A stretch of DNA of 41,063 nucleotides, from positions 1-41,063 of the IMG/VR virus record IMGVR_UViG_3300021142_000073, one strand, 5' to 3'. Each line of letters begins with the position of its first letter. The stretch's first letter is position 1. A program made the position numbers and the translations under genes. The DNA is from a virus. Its lineage: Duplodnaviria > Caudoviricetes. Positions 20,724 to 27,714 of the stretch are shown here, in pieces. The notes below the pieces were generated by a model. It was not told the origin of the DNA. It ran no database searches and saw only the letters and a program-made list of their open reading frames with translations.

Positions 20724-21392
20724 TCAAGTGATTCCTACAATGTGGTAGTAGTCCTTTAAACGGCGAATCATTGCAACACCTGTCTCCTTATCCTTTGCGT
20801 CAAACCTGTCAATCAAAGTAGAGCCTGTAAAGTTAGTTGAAATTATGGTTGGACGGCGAGCAATACTACGCTCATCAATAATTGCAAACAAGTCCGTAGC
20901 CATGCGAGAGGTTAGGCGTTCCTTGCCTAAGTCATCCAGCACTAATAACTCTACATTAATCAATCCATCAATTTCCTTTTCATGTGTTTGGTTAGCAAAC
21001 GAACTAGAAATCTTAGCCTCTAATTTACGCATGGTTAGGAAGTTGTACTGAAGGATTTTATCCTTCTGGATTTCTGCTAACCACATCTTACGCACTATCT
21101 CCCAAATACCCCTAGTCTTTCCTAGTCCTGTCGTTCCGTGAAAAATCAATCCACTTTTGTCACCATCTGGTTTCCAATTTAAAGCACTTTGTACTTTAGG
21201 GTGGAGCAACTCAATCTTAGTGTCGTGAAAGACTTGAGGCATGGCAGTAGGGAATGTAGGCTCAGACATACCCTGTGACTTGGCGTAATTCCAATCTACG
21301 CACTTACGGCACTTGTTCCAGCGATATAACTTAAAATCGCTTCCAGAAACTAGAATAGGTTTTGAACCGCAATCGCAATAAATGTCGCTCAT
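20724..21392 (-). CDS. DnaC/IstB-like AAA+ helicase loader
   Basis: Walker A GTTGLGKT, Walker B LLVLDDLG, R...RPTIISTN and N-terminal CxC/CxxC; likely start 21392. Confidence 0.9.
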   Translation of the reverse strand: MSDIYCDCGSKPILVSGSDFKLYRWNKCRKCVDWNYAKSQGMSEPTFPTAMPQVFHDTKIELLHPKVQSALNWKPDGDKSGLIFHGTTGLGKTRGIWEIVRKMWLAEIQKDKILQYNFLTMRKLEAKISSSFANQTHEKEIDGLINVELLVLDDLGKERLTSRMATDLFAIIDERSIARRPTIISTNFTGSTLIDRFDAKDKETGVAMIRRLKDYYHIVGIT

Positions 21393-21763
21393 TGTATGTC
21401 CTTTCCGTCCTTCGCGGCTTGCCATCCCTTAAGCGTCATTGCATCTACTTGACCGAATTGGTCAAACGATTCATAGATTGCATCCCCTGCCTTGGTCAGC
21501 CTTTTAATCTGTGCTTGCAGTTCCTTATTCGGGATGATGGTGCAAGTAGCAAATGCCCTCAGCCGCTTGACCTCTGCCTCTGCCTCGTTTCGTTCTAAAA
21601 TCGTCTCGACTTGAAGATGAATCAGAAACTCAACCTGTGTTTTAAGTTTAGTGTAATCATTAAAACTAATAAATCCATCGCCTTTAATCTCCGTCATTGT
21701 CGGATGCTGAAATCCATCTTCGTAGGTCTTAATCGAAGGAATCCAAAACTTAATGTCGCTCAT
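21389..21763 (-). CDS. hypothetical coiled-coil protein between initiator and loader
   Basis: 124 aa with EVKRLR and QIKRLTKAGD segments. Confidence 0.6.
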   Translation of the reverse strand: MSDIKFWIPSIKTYEDGFQHPTMTEIKGDGFISFNDYTKLKTQVEFLIHLQVETILERNEAEAEVKRLRAFATCTIIPNKELQAQIKRLTKAGDAIYESFDQFGQVDAMTLKGWQAAKDGKDIQ

Positions 21764-21767
21764 GGTA

Positions 21768-22451
21768 TTAGAATTGGCTATGGTCTTTGTTTGTCAATGT
21801 CTTTGATTGCATTACTACAACACTTTTCTGTGGAGGGAATAAACCCTGCCAACCATTTTTGATTGATTGGTGGATTGACGCAATAGCATTGTCCTCCCCA
21901 AGTTTGGATAGGTCATCTAGTTGCATAGTAATCGTAGATGGTTTTAATGGACGCTTGATTTCCTTTCGGTAAGCAATCCATTGCTCCCAAGCCTTACTAA
22001 ACGCATCTCCCATGTATGGCAATAGCGTCAAAATAGGCTCTTTTTTCTTTGGTGCTAATGTATCTTTATCTTCTATATTATCTTCTATATTATATGGAGG
22101 AAGTTTTTTTCCTCCCCCTGCGGAAGTTTTCTTCCTCCCCCTAGGCAATTTATTTCCTCCCCCCATGATTGCTTCATTTAGGGCGATATGGGATACAGTA
22201 CGCAACACACGACCATTGTTCTGACCCTCCAGCCGTTCCACCAAGCCTAGTTTCTCAAGTTGTGAGACTAGTAACCGCACTTGACGCTCAGAAAGTCCTA
22301 GATTGGACGCTAGGAAGCCATTTGAGGCATAGCAACCCTCCTCGTTATCTAACGCATCAATGATTCCGTAAAGGAACTTTGCATTAGGGGACAAATCCTT
22401 ATGAGTGAATACCTCCCTAGGTATCCATACTCCTACAAAGTTTGGAGACAT
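21768..22451 (-). CDS. replication initiator (winged HTH, lambda O-like organisation)
   Basis: N-terminal LSPNAKFLY...CYASN..LA..LG.SERQV HTH; C-terminal AW..W..YRKE...SI.NGWQGLF domain; internal iterons; upstream of the DnaC-like gene. Confidence 0.85.
   Translation of the reverse strand: MSPNFVGVWIPREVFTHKDLSPNAKFLYGIIDALDNEEGCYASNGFLASNLGLSERQVRLLVSQLEKLGLVERLEGQNNGRVLRTVSHIALNEAIMGGGNKLPRGRKKTSAGGGKKLPPYNIEDNIEDKDTLAPKKKEPILTLLPYMGDAFSKAWEQWIAYRKEIKRPLKPSTITMQLDDLSKLGEDNAIASIHQSIKNGWQGLFPPQKSVVVMQSKTLTNKDHSQF
22099..22164. repeat. three 21-bp iterons (probable replication origin)
   Basis: GGAAGTTTTTTTCCTCCCCCT (22099), GGAAGTTTTCTTCCTCCCCCT (22122) and GGCAATTTATTTCCTCCCCCC (22144), next to AT-rich TCTTCTATATTA repeats. 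Confidence 0.8.
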
Positions 22452-23284
22452 TAGATTGAGATTACTTGTTTTTCAGAACTGTATCCACGCCAATTACCTT
22501 CTGCCTGACATTTGGTGAACTCAACAATAGCATTGTGCCATAAATCAAATGGAGTATTTTGTTTATACTTCATTCTTTTGTTAATGTCAAAAGAGTAAGA
22601 ACCAAATCCATGCGGTGCATCACCTTCAATCGGAATATAAACAAAATCTTTAATGTCCAATTTGCAAGCAGACGCTAATGTTTGGTACATGGCATTTTGT
22701 AACCAATAACTACGCTCACGCACCATTTTTTCAAACTCATCAGCAGAAGCGTCTTGGCACTTTTTGAAATCCCAGATAGTTCCAGACTGTTCATGGAATC
22801 CATCTAACCGTCCTTTTAGATGAACTTCTCCGTATGGCGTAGTAGCAAGGCAGAACAAACTTAACTCACGAAGATTTTGACTAGTTTCGTTATAAAGTTT
22901 AGTTGCAAAAGAATCTGATTCTAAAAACGATTTCCGCATACCCCAGATTTTAAACTCTTGTTCCTCATTAATAATAATTTTACCTTGGTTCTCAATTTCA
23001 AATTCAGCATTGTACTTCTTTCCTTCCGTGGTTCGACCATCTACCTTTTTCTTAACTACATAACTTGGTTCTTTCTCCAGCATCAGGCTATGGAAAGCCA
23101 AGCCTAGAAGCATATCTGGTGTTGGTTCGATTGGATTCTCGCAAGCATGAAGGTAATGCTTTGGAGATTGAATGAAATGTGAAAGCATTGATTGTGAAAG
23201 ACCCTTTGCTTGACGATACTCAGCGTCTGGCAGGTTTTTTACTACAATGCAGTTCGTTAGTTTTATTAGGTTGGATGTTAGCAT
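22451..23284 (-). CDS. PD-(D/E)XK exonuclease (RecE/exonuclease VIII, DUF3799-like)
   Basis: LSQS....F..SP.HY, G.AFH...LE, KGRLD...I.DFK and Y.LQ.AMY motifs. Confidence 0.9.
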   Translation of the reverse strand: MLTSNLIKLTNCIVVKNLPDAEYRQAKGLSQSMLSHFIQSPKHYLHACENPIEPTPDMLLGLAFHSLMLEKEPSYVVKKKVDGRTTEGKKYNAEFEIENQGKIIINEEQEFKIWGMRKSFLESDSFATKLYNETSQNLRELSLFCLATTPYGEVHLKGRLDGFHEQSGTIWDFKKCQDASADEFEKMVRERSYWLQNAMYQTLASACKLDIKDFVYIPIEGDAPHGFGSYSFDINKRMKYKQNTPFDLWHNAIVEFTKCQAEGNWRGYSSEKQVISI

Positions 23285-23314
23285 GGCAAGTACTATACTG
23301 CCTAATGTATTACT

Positions 23315-23689
23315 CTACGCAAGCCTAATTTTTCTTTTTTTTCGTGCCTTCGCATTTCGTGCCAAACGCTTCTCATCTTTTGTCTTGTGCTTTGGATGAA
23401 TCAATTTGTTTGGTTCTGAATTGTGAACAACCCAATAGCGTAAAATCGTGTTTAGGTAATCAAATGGAGTACGCTCTCGCTTACCTCTACGGCAAAGGTT
23501 GTAAATCTTGCCTTCAATACCATTGCAGTTCTGGCATAGGACTGAACGAATAGCACCTGTTTGATGGTTGTGGTCTAAGCAAGCCTTTTGTTCGCCACCT
23601 AGTTGAATTGAACAAATAGCACACTTTCCTTCTTGTTTGGTTAGGATTTCATCCCTAACCTTTTGTATATCCTTGACTTTTAACCGCAT
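23315..23689 (-). CDS. endonuclease VII-like Holliday junction resolvase
   Basis: Q.GKCAIC, LDHNHQTG.IR.VLCQNCNGIEG; likely ATG at 23689. Confidence 0.9.
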   Translation of the reverse strand: MRLKVKDIQKVRDEILTKQEGKCAICSIQLGGEQKACLDHNHQTGAIRSVLCQNCNGIEGKIYNLCRRGKRERTPFDYLNTILRYWVVHNSEPNKLIHPKHKTKDEKRLARNAKARKKRKIRLA

Positions 23690-23707
23690 ATAGTTTCTAT
23701 ACAAGAT

Positions 23708-24199
23708 ATGGAATACAAGTCAAGCGAAGAAAGATTACCTGTAAATGTTAATCAAAAAAGCAATGGAAATGGAATTGACCCATTGGTTCGGAACAAAATT
23801 ATTGATATGCTCAAACAGGGTGCTGGGATTACTCATATTCAAAGGCAAACAGGAGTCAATAAGCATACTATCATAGCAATTAGAAATGCAGCACAAGATG
23901 CTGGTATGTTTCCGCATGGTAGTTGGAAAAAGCATACAGCAGAAACCTTTAGCGAAATCGTTAGTCGTGGTGCTGATAGGCTTTTGAATGAGATTGATGA
24001 CCTACCTGTTGGACAGTTACCTGTTGCTCTAGCCATTATGACGGACAAGGTATTGACCTTACAGGACGCTCCGACAGTCGTAGTTGAGCATAGGCTTAGG
24101 GTATCGCATGATGATATAAACGCTATGCTGAAGGGTGAAATCATTGATGTAAATCCTAAACAAGAAAGACACTTGACAGATGGTGATACAACTGTATGA
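23708..24199 (+). CDS. HTH protein, candidate terminase small subunit
   Basis: N-terminal HTH (GITHIQRQTGVNKHTI), helical middle and beta-strand tail (TVVVEHR...IIDV) as in TerS. Confidence 0.5.
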   Translation: MEYKSSEERLPVNVNQKSNGNGIDPLVRNKIIDMLKQGAGITHIQRQTGVNKHTIIAIRNAAQDAGMFPHGSWKKHTAETFSEIVSRGADRLLNEIDDLPVGQLPVALAIMTDKVLTLQDAPTVVVEHRLRVSHDDINAMLKGEIIDVNPKQERHLTDGDTTV

Positions 24200-24477
24200 C
24201 AAAAGATGTTATGCAAATCTATCGGTTTAAAAACCTAGATATAAAGCACGAAGGAAAAGATTACCTAGTGAATGGGTTGGCTTCCTATTCAATCGAGGAC
24301 TACGAAGAGGACGGCAAACAGGCTTGCTTTGAATCAGCAGAGGCTTTTGACGCACTTGGTTACTCTGGGTTAATCATAGATAAAGAAAAACTAAAAACCT
24401 TTACCGATTCTATCCTGTTTGTTTTAAACAGAGACAGTCACCTGTGTAGGGTATTAGGTTCTAAATCTATTTTCTAA
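24196..24477 (+). CDS. hypothetical protein
   Basis: 93 aa with an ATGA overlap; alternative start at 24211. Confidence 0.55.
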   Translation: MTKDVMQIYRFKNLDIKHEGKDYLVNGLASYSIEDYEEDGKQACFESAEAFDALGYSGLIIDKEKLKTFTDSILFVLNRDSHLCRVLGSKSIF

Positions 24478-24689
24478 CTTGCTTTAGTTTCTCGGTAAAC
24501 ACCATTAGTATCTTCTACATACAAGGTAGGTTGTCCTACCTTTGCATTAGTGTTTTCACACCAATCAGTCCTTGCTAGCATATCATTAAACGCTTGTTCA
24601 GATTCAGCGATAGCGTCAGCAGGACTAGTGGCTAGTGTTTCATATTCTAGGCGTACTAACCTAGAAATCTTGTATTGTTTATTACTCAT
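24474..24689 (-). CDS. small early hypothetical protein
   Basis: 71 aa; pattern Y.....A.S..DA...... common in small phage proteins. Confidence 0.6.
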   Translation of the reverse strand: MSNKQYKISRLVRLEYETLATSPADAIAESEQAFNDMLARTDWCENTNAKVGQPTLYVEDTNGVYRETKAS

Positions 24690-25140
24690 GTTTATCTTTG
24701 GTTGCGAATTTAATGAGTTGTTTTAACGAAGTTTCAATAATTAAATTGGTTACTTCATCACGACCATTTAAGTTAATAAGGTAATGTAATCGGAAGCATG
24801 AAAAATTACTTTTATGCGTGGTGTAGAATTCCTCTAAGAAGTTTAGAGCGTCAATAGGCGAACGGAAATCAAGCAGGTGAATTCCACCTTTATTGATTAC
24901 ATCATAGTGCATTGCAATAGTGACAATAAACTTAGATGCGTACTCGTTTATGCTGTTTCCTTCTTTTACTCCAATGTGATTTAAAGATTGCTGAACAGCA
25001 TCTAAATCTTCTAGACGCTTTTTATCTAGCAATAGGTTTTGTAAGTTAGGAATGTTTAGCATTTTTGGTTTGGTTTGTTTGGTTGGTTTGGTTGATTTAC
25101 TCATTTTGGTTGGTTTAGTTTGGTTGGTTTGGTTACTCAT
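24682..25140 (-). CDS. early hypothetical protein (start uncertain: 25140, 25104 or 25062)
   Basis: Three in-frame ATGs, each preceded by an AACC-rich tract. Confidence 0.55.
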   Translation of the reverse strand: MSNQTNQTKPTKMSKSTKPTKQTKPKMLNIPNLQNLLLDKKRLEDLDAVQQSLNHIGVKEGNSINEYASKFIVTIAMHYDVINKGGIHLLDFRSPIDALNFLEEFYTTHKSNFSCFRLHYLINLNGRDEVTNLIIETSLKQLIKFATKDKHE

Positions 25141-25423
25141 GGTTGGAAACAATGGTTGGTAAGAATTCGCATAAGTCATATTCAGCATTTAATCGGTCTT
25201 GTAAATAACTTTCTACGAATTTTTTGTCTTGTTCAGTTAATTGATGTTCAAAAGCAGAACTTGGTTGTTCCCAATTGGTTACTTTTACAGATACGAATTG
25301 AGCAAAGTTGCCGTCTGGTGTTTGGTTTAATTTCCATTTAGCATAACCAGACACCAATAATGGTGCTGGTGATGTAATGAAGTTATTAAAAAATGGCATT
25401 GTGAAAATCTCTAGTGGTTCCAT
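25133..25423 (-). CDS. early hypothetical protein
   Basis: 96 aa with an AACC-rich leader. Confidence 0.6.
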   Translation of the reverse strand: MEPLEIFTMPFFNNFITSPAPLLVSGYAKWKLNQTPDGNFAQFVSVKVTNWEQPSSAFEHQLTEQDKKFVESYLQDRLNAEYDLCEFLPTIVSNHE

Positions 25424-25457
25424 TTGGTTGGTTAGTTATTTTGGTTGGTTTGGTTGG

Positions 25458-25658
25458 TTAAATTGTTTCGTAATCAAAACCTAGTAGGCAATAGCCATAT
25501 TGGTCACTCAAATAGTCTGCAATATAGTCATCAAAATCGCATTTAATCATATCCCAAGTATTTTCGGACAAGTTAATTGTTACTTCAATAGGAAGTCCCA
25601 AAATCTCTTTTTCAGATTCTAAAACATCCCAATTTATATTATAAATAAAAAATGTCAT
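25458..25658 (-). CDS. small very acidic early protein
   Basis: 66 aa, INWD...LP..V...DYIADYLSDQYGYC..GF; AACC leader. Confidence 0.65.
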   Translation of the reverse strand: MTFFIYNINWDVLESEKEILGLPIEVTINLSENTWDMIKCDFDDYIADYLSDQYGYCLLGFDYETI

Positions 25659-25688
25659 TTGGTTGGTTTGGTTGGTTTGGTTGGTTGG

Positions 25689-25922
25689 TTATTGGTTTCC
25701 GTGAATCAATTCGTCAGGCTCAATCAGGATTCCGTAAATCTTGTGCCAACTTCGGAACTCTTTATTCTTTTTTAAGTCTGGAGGAACTGATGCAAGCCAA
25801 TAATTTTGCCCCTCCAGATTGGTTGCAAGGCGTAAAATTGACCCTTTAGGGATAACAAAACGCTTGTTTTGCCAACCCCAACAGCGATAAATGTCAATTT
25901 CAGTTTTGATTCGTTTTTTCAT
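25689..25922 (-). CDS. small basic early hypothetical protein
   Basis: 77 aa, IPKG....A.N....YW. Confidence 0.6.
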   Translation of the reverse strand: MKKRIKTEIDIYRCWGWQNKRFVIPKGSILRLATNLEGQNYWLASVPPDLKKNKEFRSWHKIYGILIEPDELIHGNQ

Positions 25923-25927
25923 TTGGT

Positions 25928-26026
25928 TTATTGGTTGATGATAAAGTTGTAAATGTCATGACCCTTTGCAAGTACCAAGTAGAGGTAAATTGCAATAAAG
26001 GTTAATGGTATTAGTATATATTTCAT
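25928..26026 (-). CDS. 32-aa membrane microprotein
   Basis: MKYILIPLTFIAIYLYLVLAKG...; the longer ORF-track start runs through the tRNA-like RNA. Confidence 0.5.
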   Translation of the reverse strand: MKYILIPLTFIAIYLYLVLAKGHDIYNFIINQ

Positions 26027-26038
26027 GATTGAGAAAAG

Positions 26039-26145
26039 GGGATGACTCAGGAATCGAACCTGACACCTTGGGATTTCACCCGACAACCCTTGCGGGATGC
26101 CATGGTCTTTAAACCATTTGCCAGCAGGACACCAGCCCGTCATCA
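26039..26145 (-). ncRNA. non-canonical tRNA-like RNA (about 106 nt)
   Basis: Acceptor-like GATGAC/GTCATC; perfect T arm TCAGG-TTCGATT-CCTGA; D-like GGGC-TGGT-GTCC; three hairpins in place of the anticodon and variable arms. Confidence 0.7.
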
Positions 26146-26174
26146 AAAATTAATCTACTTTCCAACCACCAAAC

Positions 26175-26194
26175 AAGGGGAATTGCTTCCCCTT
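26175..26194 (-). other. GNRA-tetraloop hairpin after the first leftward early gene
   Basis: AAGGGGAA-GCAA-TTCCCCTT on the minus strand, with only a weak U-tract. Confidence 0.6.
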
Positions 26195-26200
26195 TCCTGC

Positions 26201-26602
26201 TTAAGATAACGATAGTTTAACCTTCGATAAGATTTCTGGTAATGAGTTTTTGACCTCATCTTTAATCTTATCTGAGATTTCACCTGCAATTTCATCCATG
26301 ATTTCTGATTTGATTTCGCTGTTATCAAGTCCCTGAAGTTCTTCAGAAACATGTTCACGAACGAAATCTTGGGATGCAATGTCATTGGAATAAACACAGT
26401 CATCAAAGTGACCTTCAAAGTCATCTTCATTTACCTTGTTTTCCAATTCGCTTTCTAAACTGTCTTTTAGTTCTTCTAGTTTAGATTCTAACTGTTTAAT
26501 TTCCTCCCTTAGTTCGCCAAGTTTTACCTTGGTCGAAAGTAGAGATTCTAGTTCGGAAACTAGTTCAGTTAGTCCTAGCAGTTTTAATAATAACTTCTTC
26601 AT
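26201..26602 (-). CDS. acidic coiled-coil early protein
   Basis: 133 aa, about 34 D/E against about 17 K/R by hand count; first gene of the leftward transcript. Confidence 0.75.
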   Translation of the reverse strand: MKKLLLKLLGLTELVSELESLLSTKVKLGELREEIKQLESKLEELKDSLESELENKVNEDDFEGHFDDCVYSNDIASQDFVREHVSEELQGLDNSEIKSEIMDEIAGEISDKIKDEVKNSLPEILSKVKLSLS

Positions 26603-26675
26603 TTGGTTTGGTTTGGTTTGTTTGGTTGGTTGGTTATCCCACCCTAGGCATTGGTTGCCTTGGTTGGAAAGTAGA

Positions 26676-26741
26676 TTTCAAAGAGCGTGTTAGGTGGTTG
26701 CCTAACATCAACAAAGGTACTCATGGCTGGTTCGGTTGCAA
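26676..26741 (-). promoter_or_regulatory. leftward early promoter + hairpin + boxA
   Basis: TTGCAA-16-TACCTT, then TGTTAGG-CAACCA-CCTAACA, then CGCTCTTTGAAA. Confidence 0.7.
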
Positions 26742-27140
26742 GAGTATTTATATCCTATTAGGAAATCTAATAATGTATCCAAGATTTACTTATCATGGTT
26801 TAGATTTCGTAGTTAGGATTAAAATGCTGGTTAGAACAAATGAAATAAGAAAGTAAAGCAAATATAATCAATAAATAAATCAGTAGATGACCTAATAATG
26901 CTGATTAGATTTATTAATCATGACAAAACTACTCAAGATTAGCACTCTAATCATGACTGATTTACTAATCATTACCTAGTCAAGCATGATTAAAGTACCT
27001 AAGATTAAACTAATCATGTAATCATGAGTAAACTAGTCATATTTCACCGCTAAGGGGTCTAGATTGCCTTTTAAGCCATCTTTATAAAAGTCCTTACCAT
27101 ATCATGGACCTTTAGGGGTTTTTCAGGAAAATCATAAAAC

Positions 27141-27149
27141 TTATTCACA
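27141..27149 (+). promoter_or_regulatory. DnaA-box-like site
   Basis: TTATTCACA fits TTWTNCACA; single copy. Confidence 0.35.
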
Positions 27150-27159
27150 TGCGTCTGAC

Positions 27160-27176
27160 TTGGCATGGTTACTGCT
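27160..27176 (+). promoter_or_regulatory. sigma54 (-24/-12)-like site
   Basis: TTGGCATGGTTACTGCT with GG-N10-GC spacing. Confidence 0.45.
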
Positions 27177-27528
27177 TACAATGCCATTTACAGGTAATCA
27201 TGATAACATTAGTAAACTACTCATGATTAGTTTTTGAAACTGAGACTCAATCTCAATTCAATTTAGAATCATTCTAGGAAATCGTCAAAAAACTGTAAAA
27301 TCGCATTAGAACCATCTGGAAGGCGATTCTAGAGGGGGTTTGTAAAAGTCCTTACCATATCATGGACTAGGCATGAAAAGGGTCTTTACAGGCAAATGTG
27401 AGGGACAGCGATTTCGACCAATGTTTATAGGGGTTTTATGACTTTTCCTGACATGTAAAGCAAATTGTTGTTTTTAGGTAAAAAAACCACCTGACTGAAA
27501 AATAATTACCTAAATAGGAAAAAATGTG

Positions 27529-27596
27529 TTGAACTTGTATAATTCCTAGTCATATTCGATGTTGTCAGCGGTTCACCTGCTGACTGTTCTTTCAGA
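27529..27596 (+). promoter_or_regulatory. rightward early promoter + hairpin + boxA-like element
   Basis: TTGAAC-16-CATATT, then GTCAGCGG-TTCAC-CTGCTGAC, then TGTTCTTTCAGA. Confidence 0.65.
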
Positions 27597-27714
27597 TAGG
27601 TTTCCCTCGATTTCCTGCCGCCCCCTATGGGGTTTCACGCTGCGGTCAAAGTCTGGTTCATCCGCTCCCACGGATTTTTAAAAACCTTTCCTGTTCCTTC
27701 TCAGTCCAAAAAAA

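Larger units (their letters stand above)
26152..26677. repeat. perfect 17-bp inverted repeat flanking gene 26201-26602
   Basis: AATCTACTTTCCAACCA (26152-26168) and TGGTTGGAAAGTAGATT (26661-26677). Confidence 0.9.
27085..27367. repeat. 25-bp perfect direct repeat (2 copies)
   Basis: TAAAAGTCCTTACCATATCATGGAC at 27085-27109 and 27343-27367. Confidence 0.9.

Noticed and set aside
25060-25700. TTGG tracts as a CRISPR array or telomere-like repeat
   Set aside because: Low-complexity and irregular, tied to start codons, with no constant repeat-spacer period.
26039-26145. Canonical tRNA-Leu or tRNA-Sec
   Set aside because: No 7-nt anticodon loop, no TCA anticodon, extra hairpins and a short acceptor stem; kept as tRNA-like only.
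26608-26856. ORF-track ORFs over the early control region (also 26027-26146, 27762-27818, 30012-30441)
   Set aside because: They overlap promoters, RNA structures or tRNAs and have no protein-like features.
27085-27367. 25-bp repeats as a mini CRISPR array
   Set aside because: Only two copies with 233 bp between them, far longer than a spacer.
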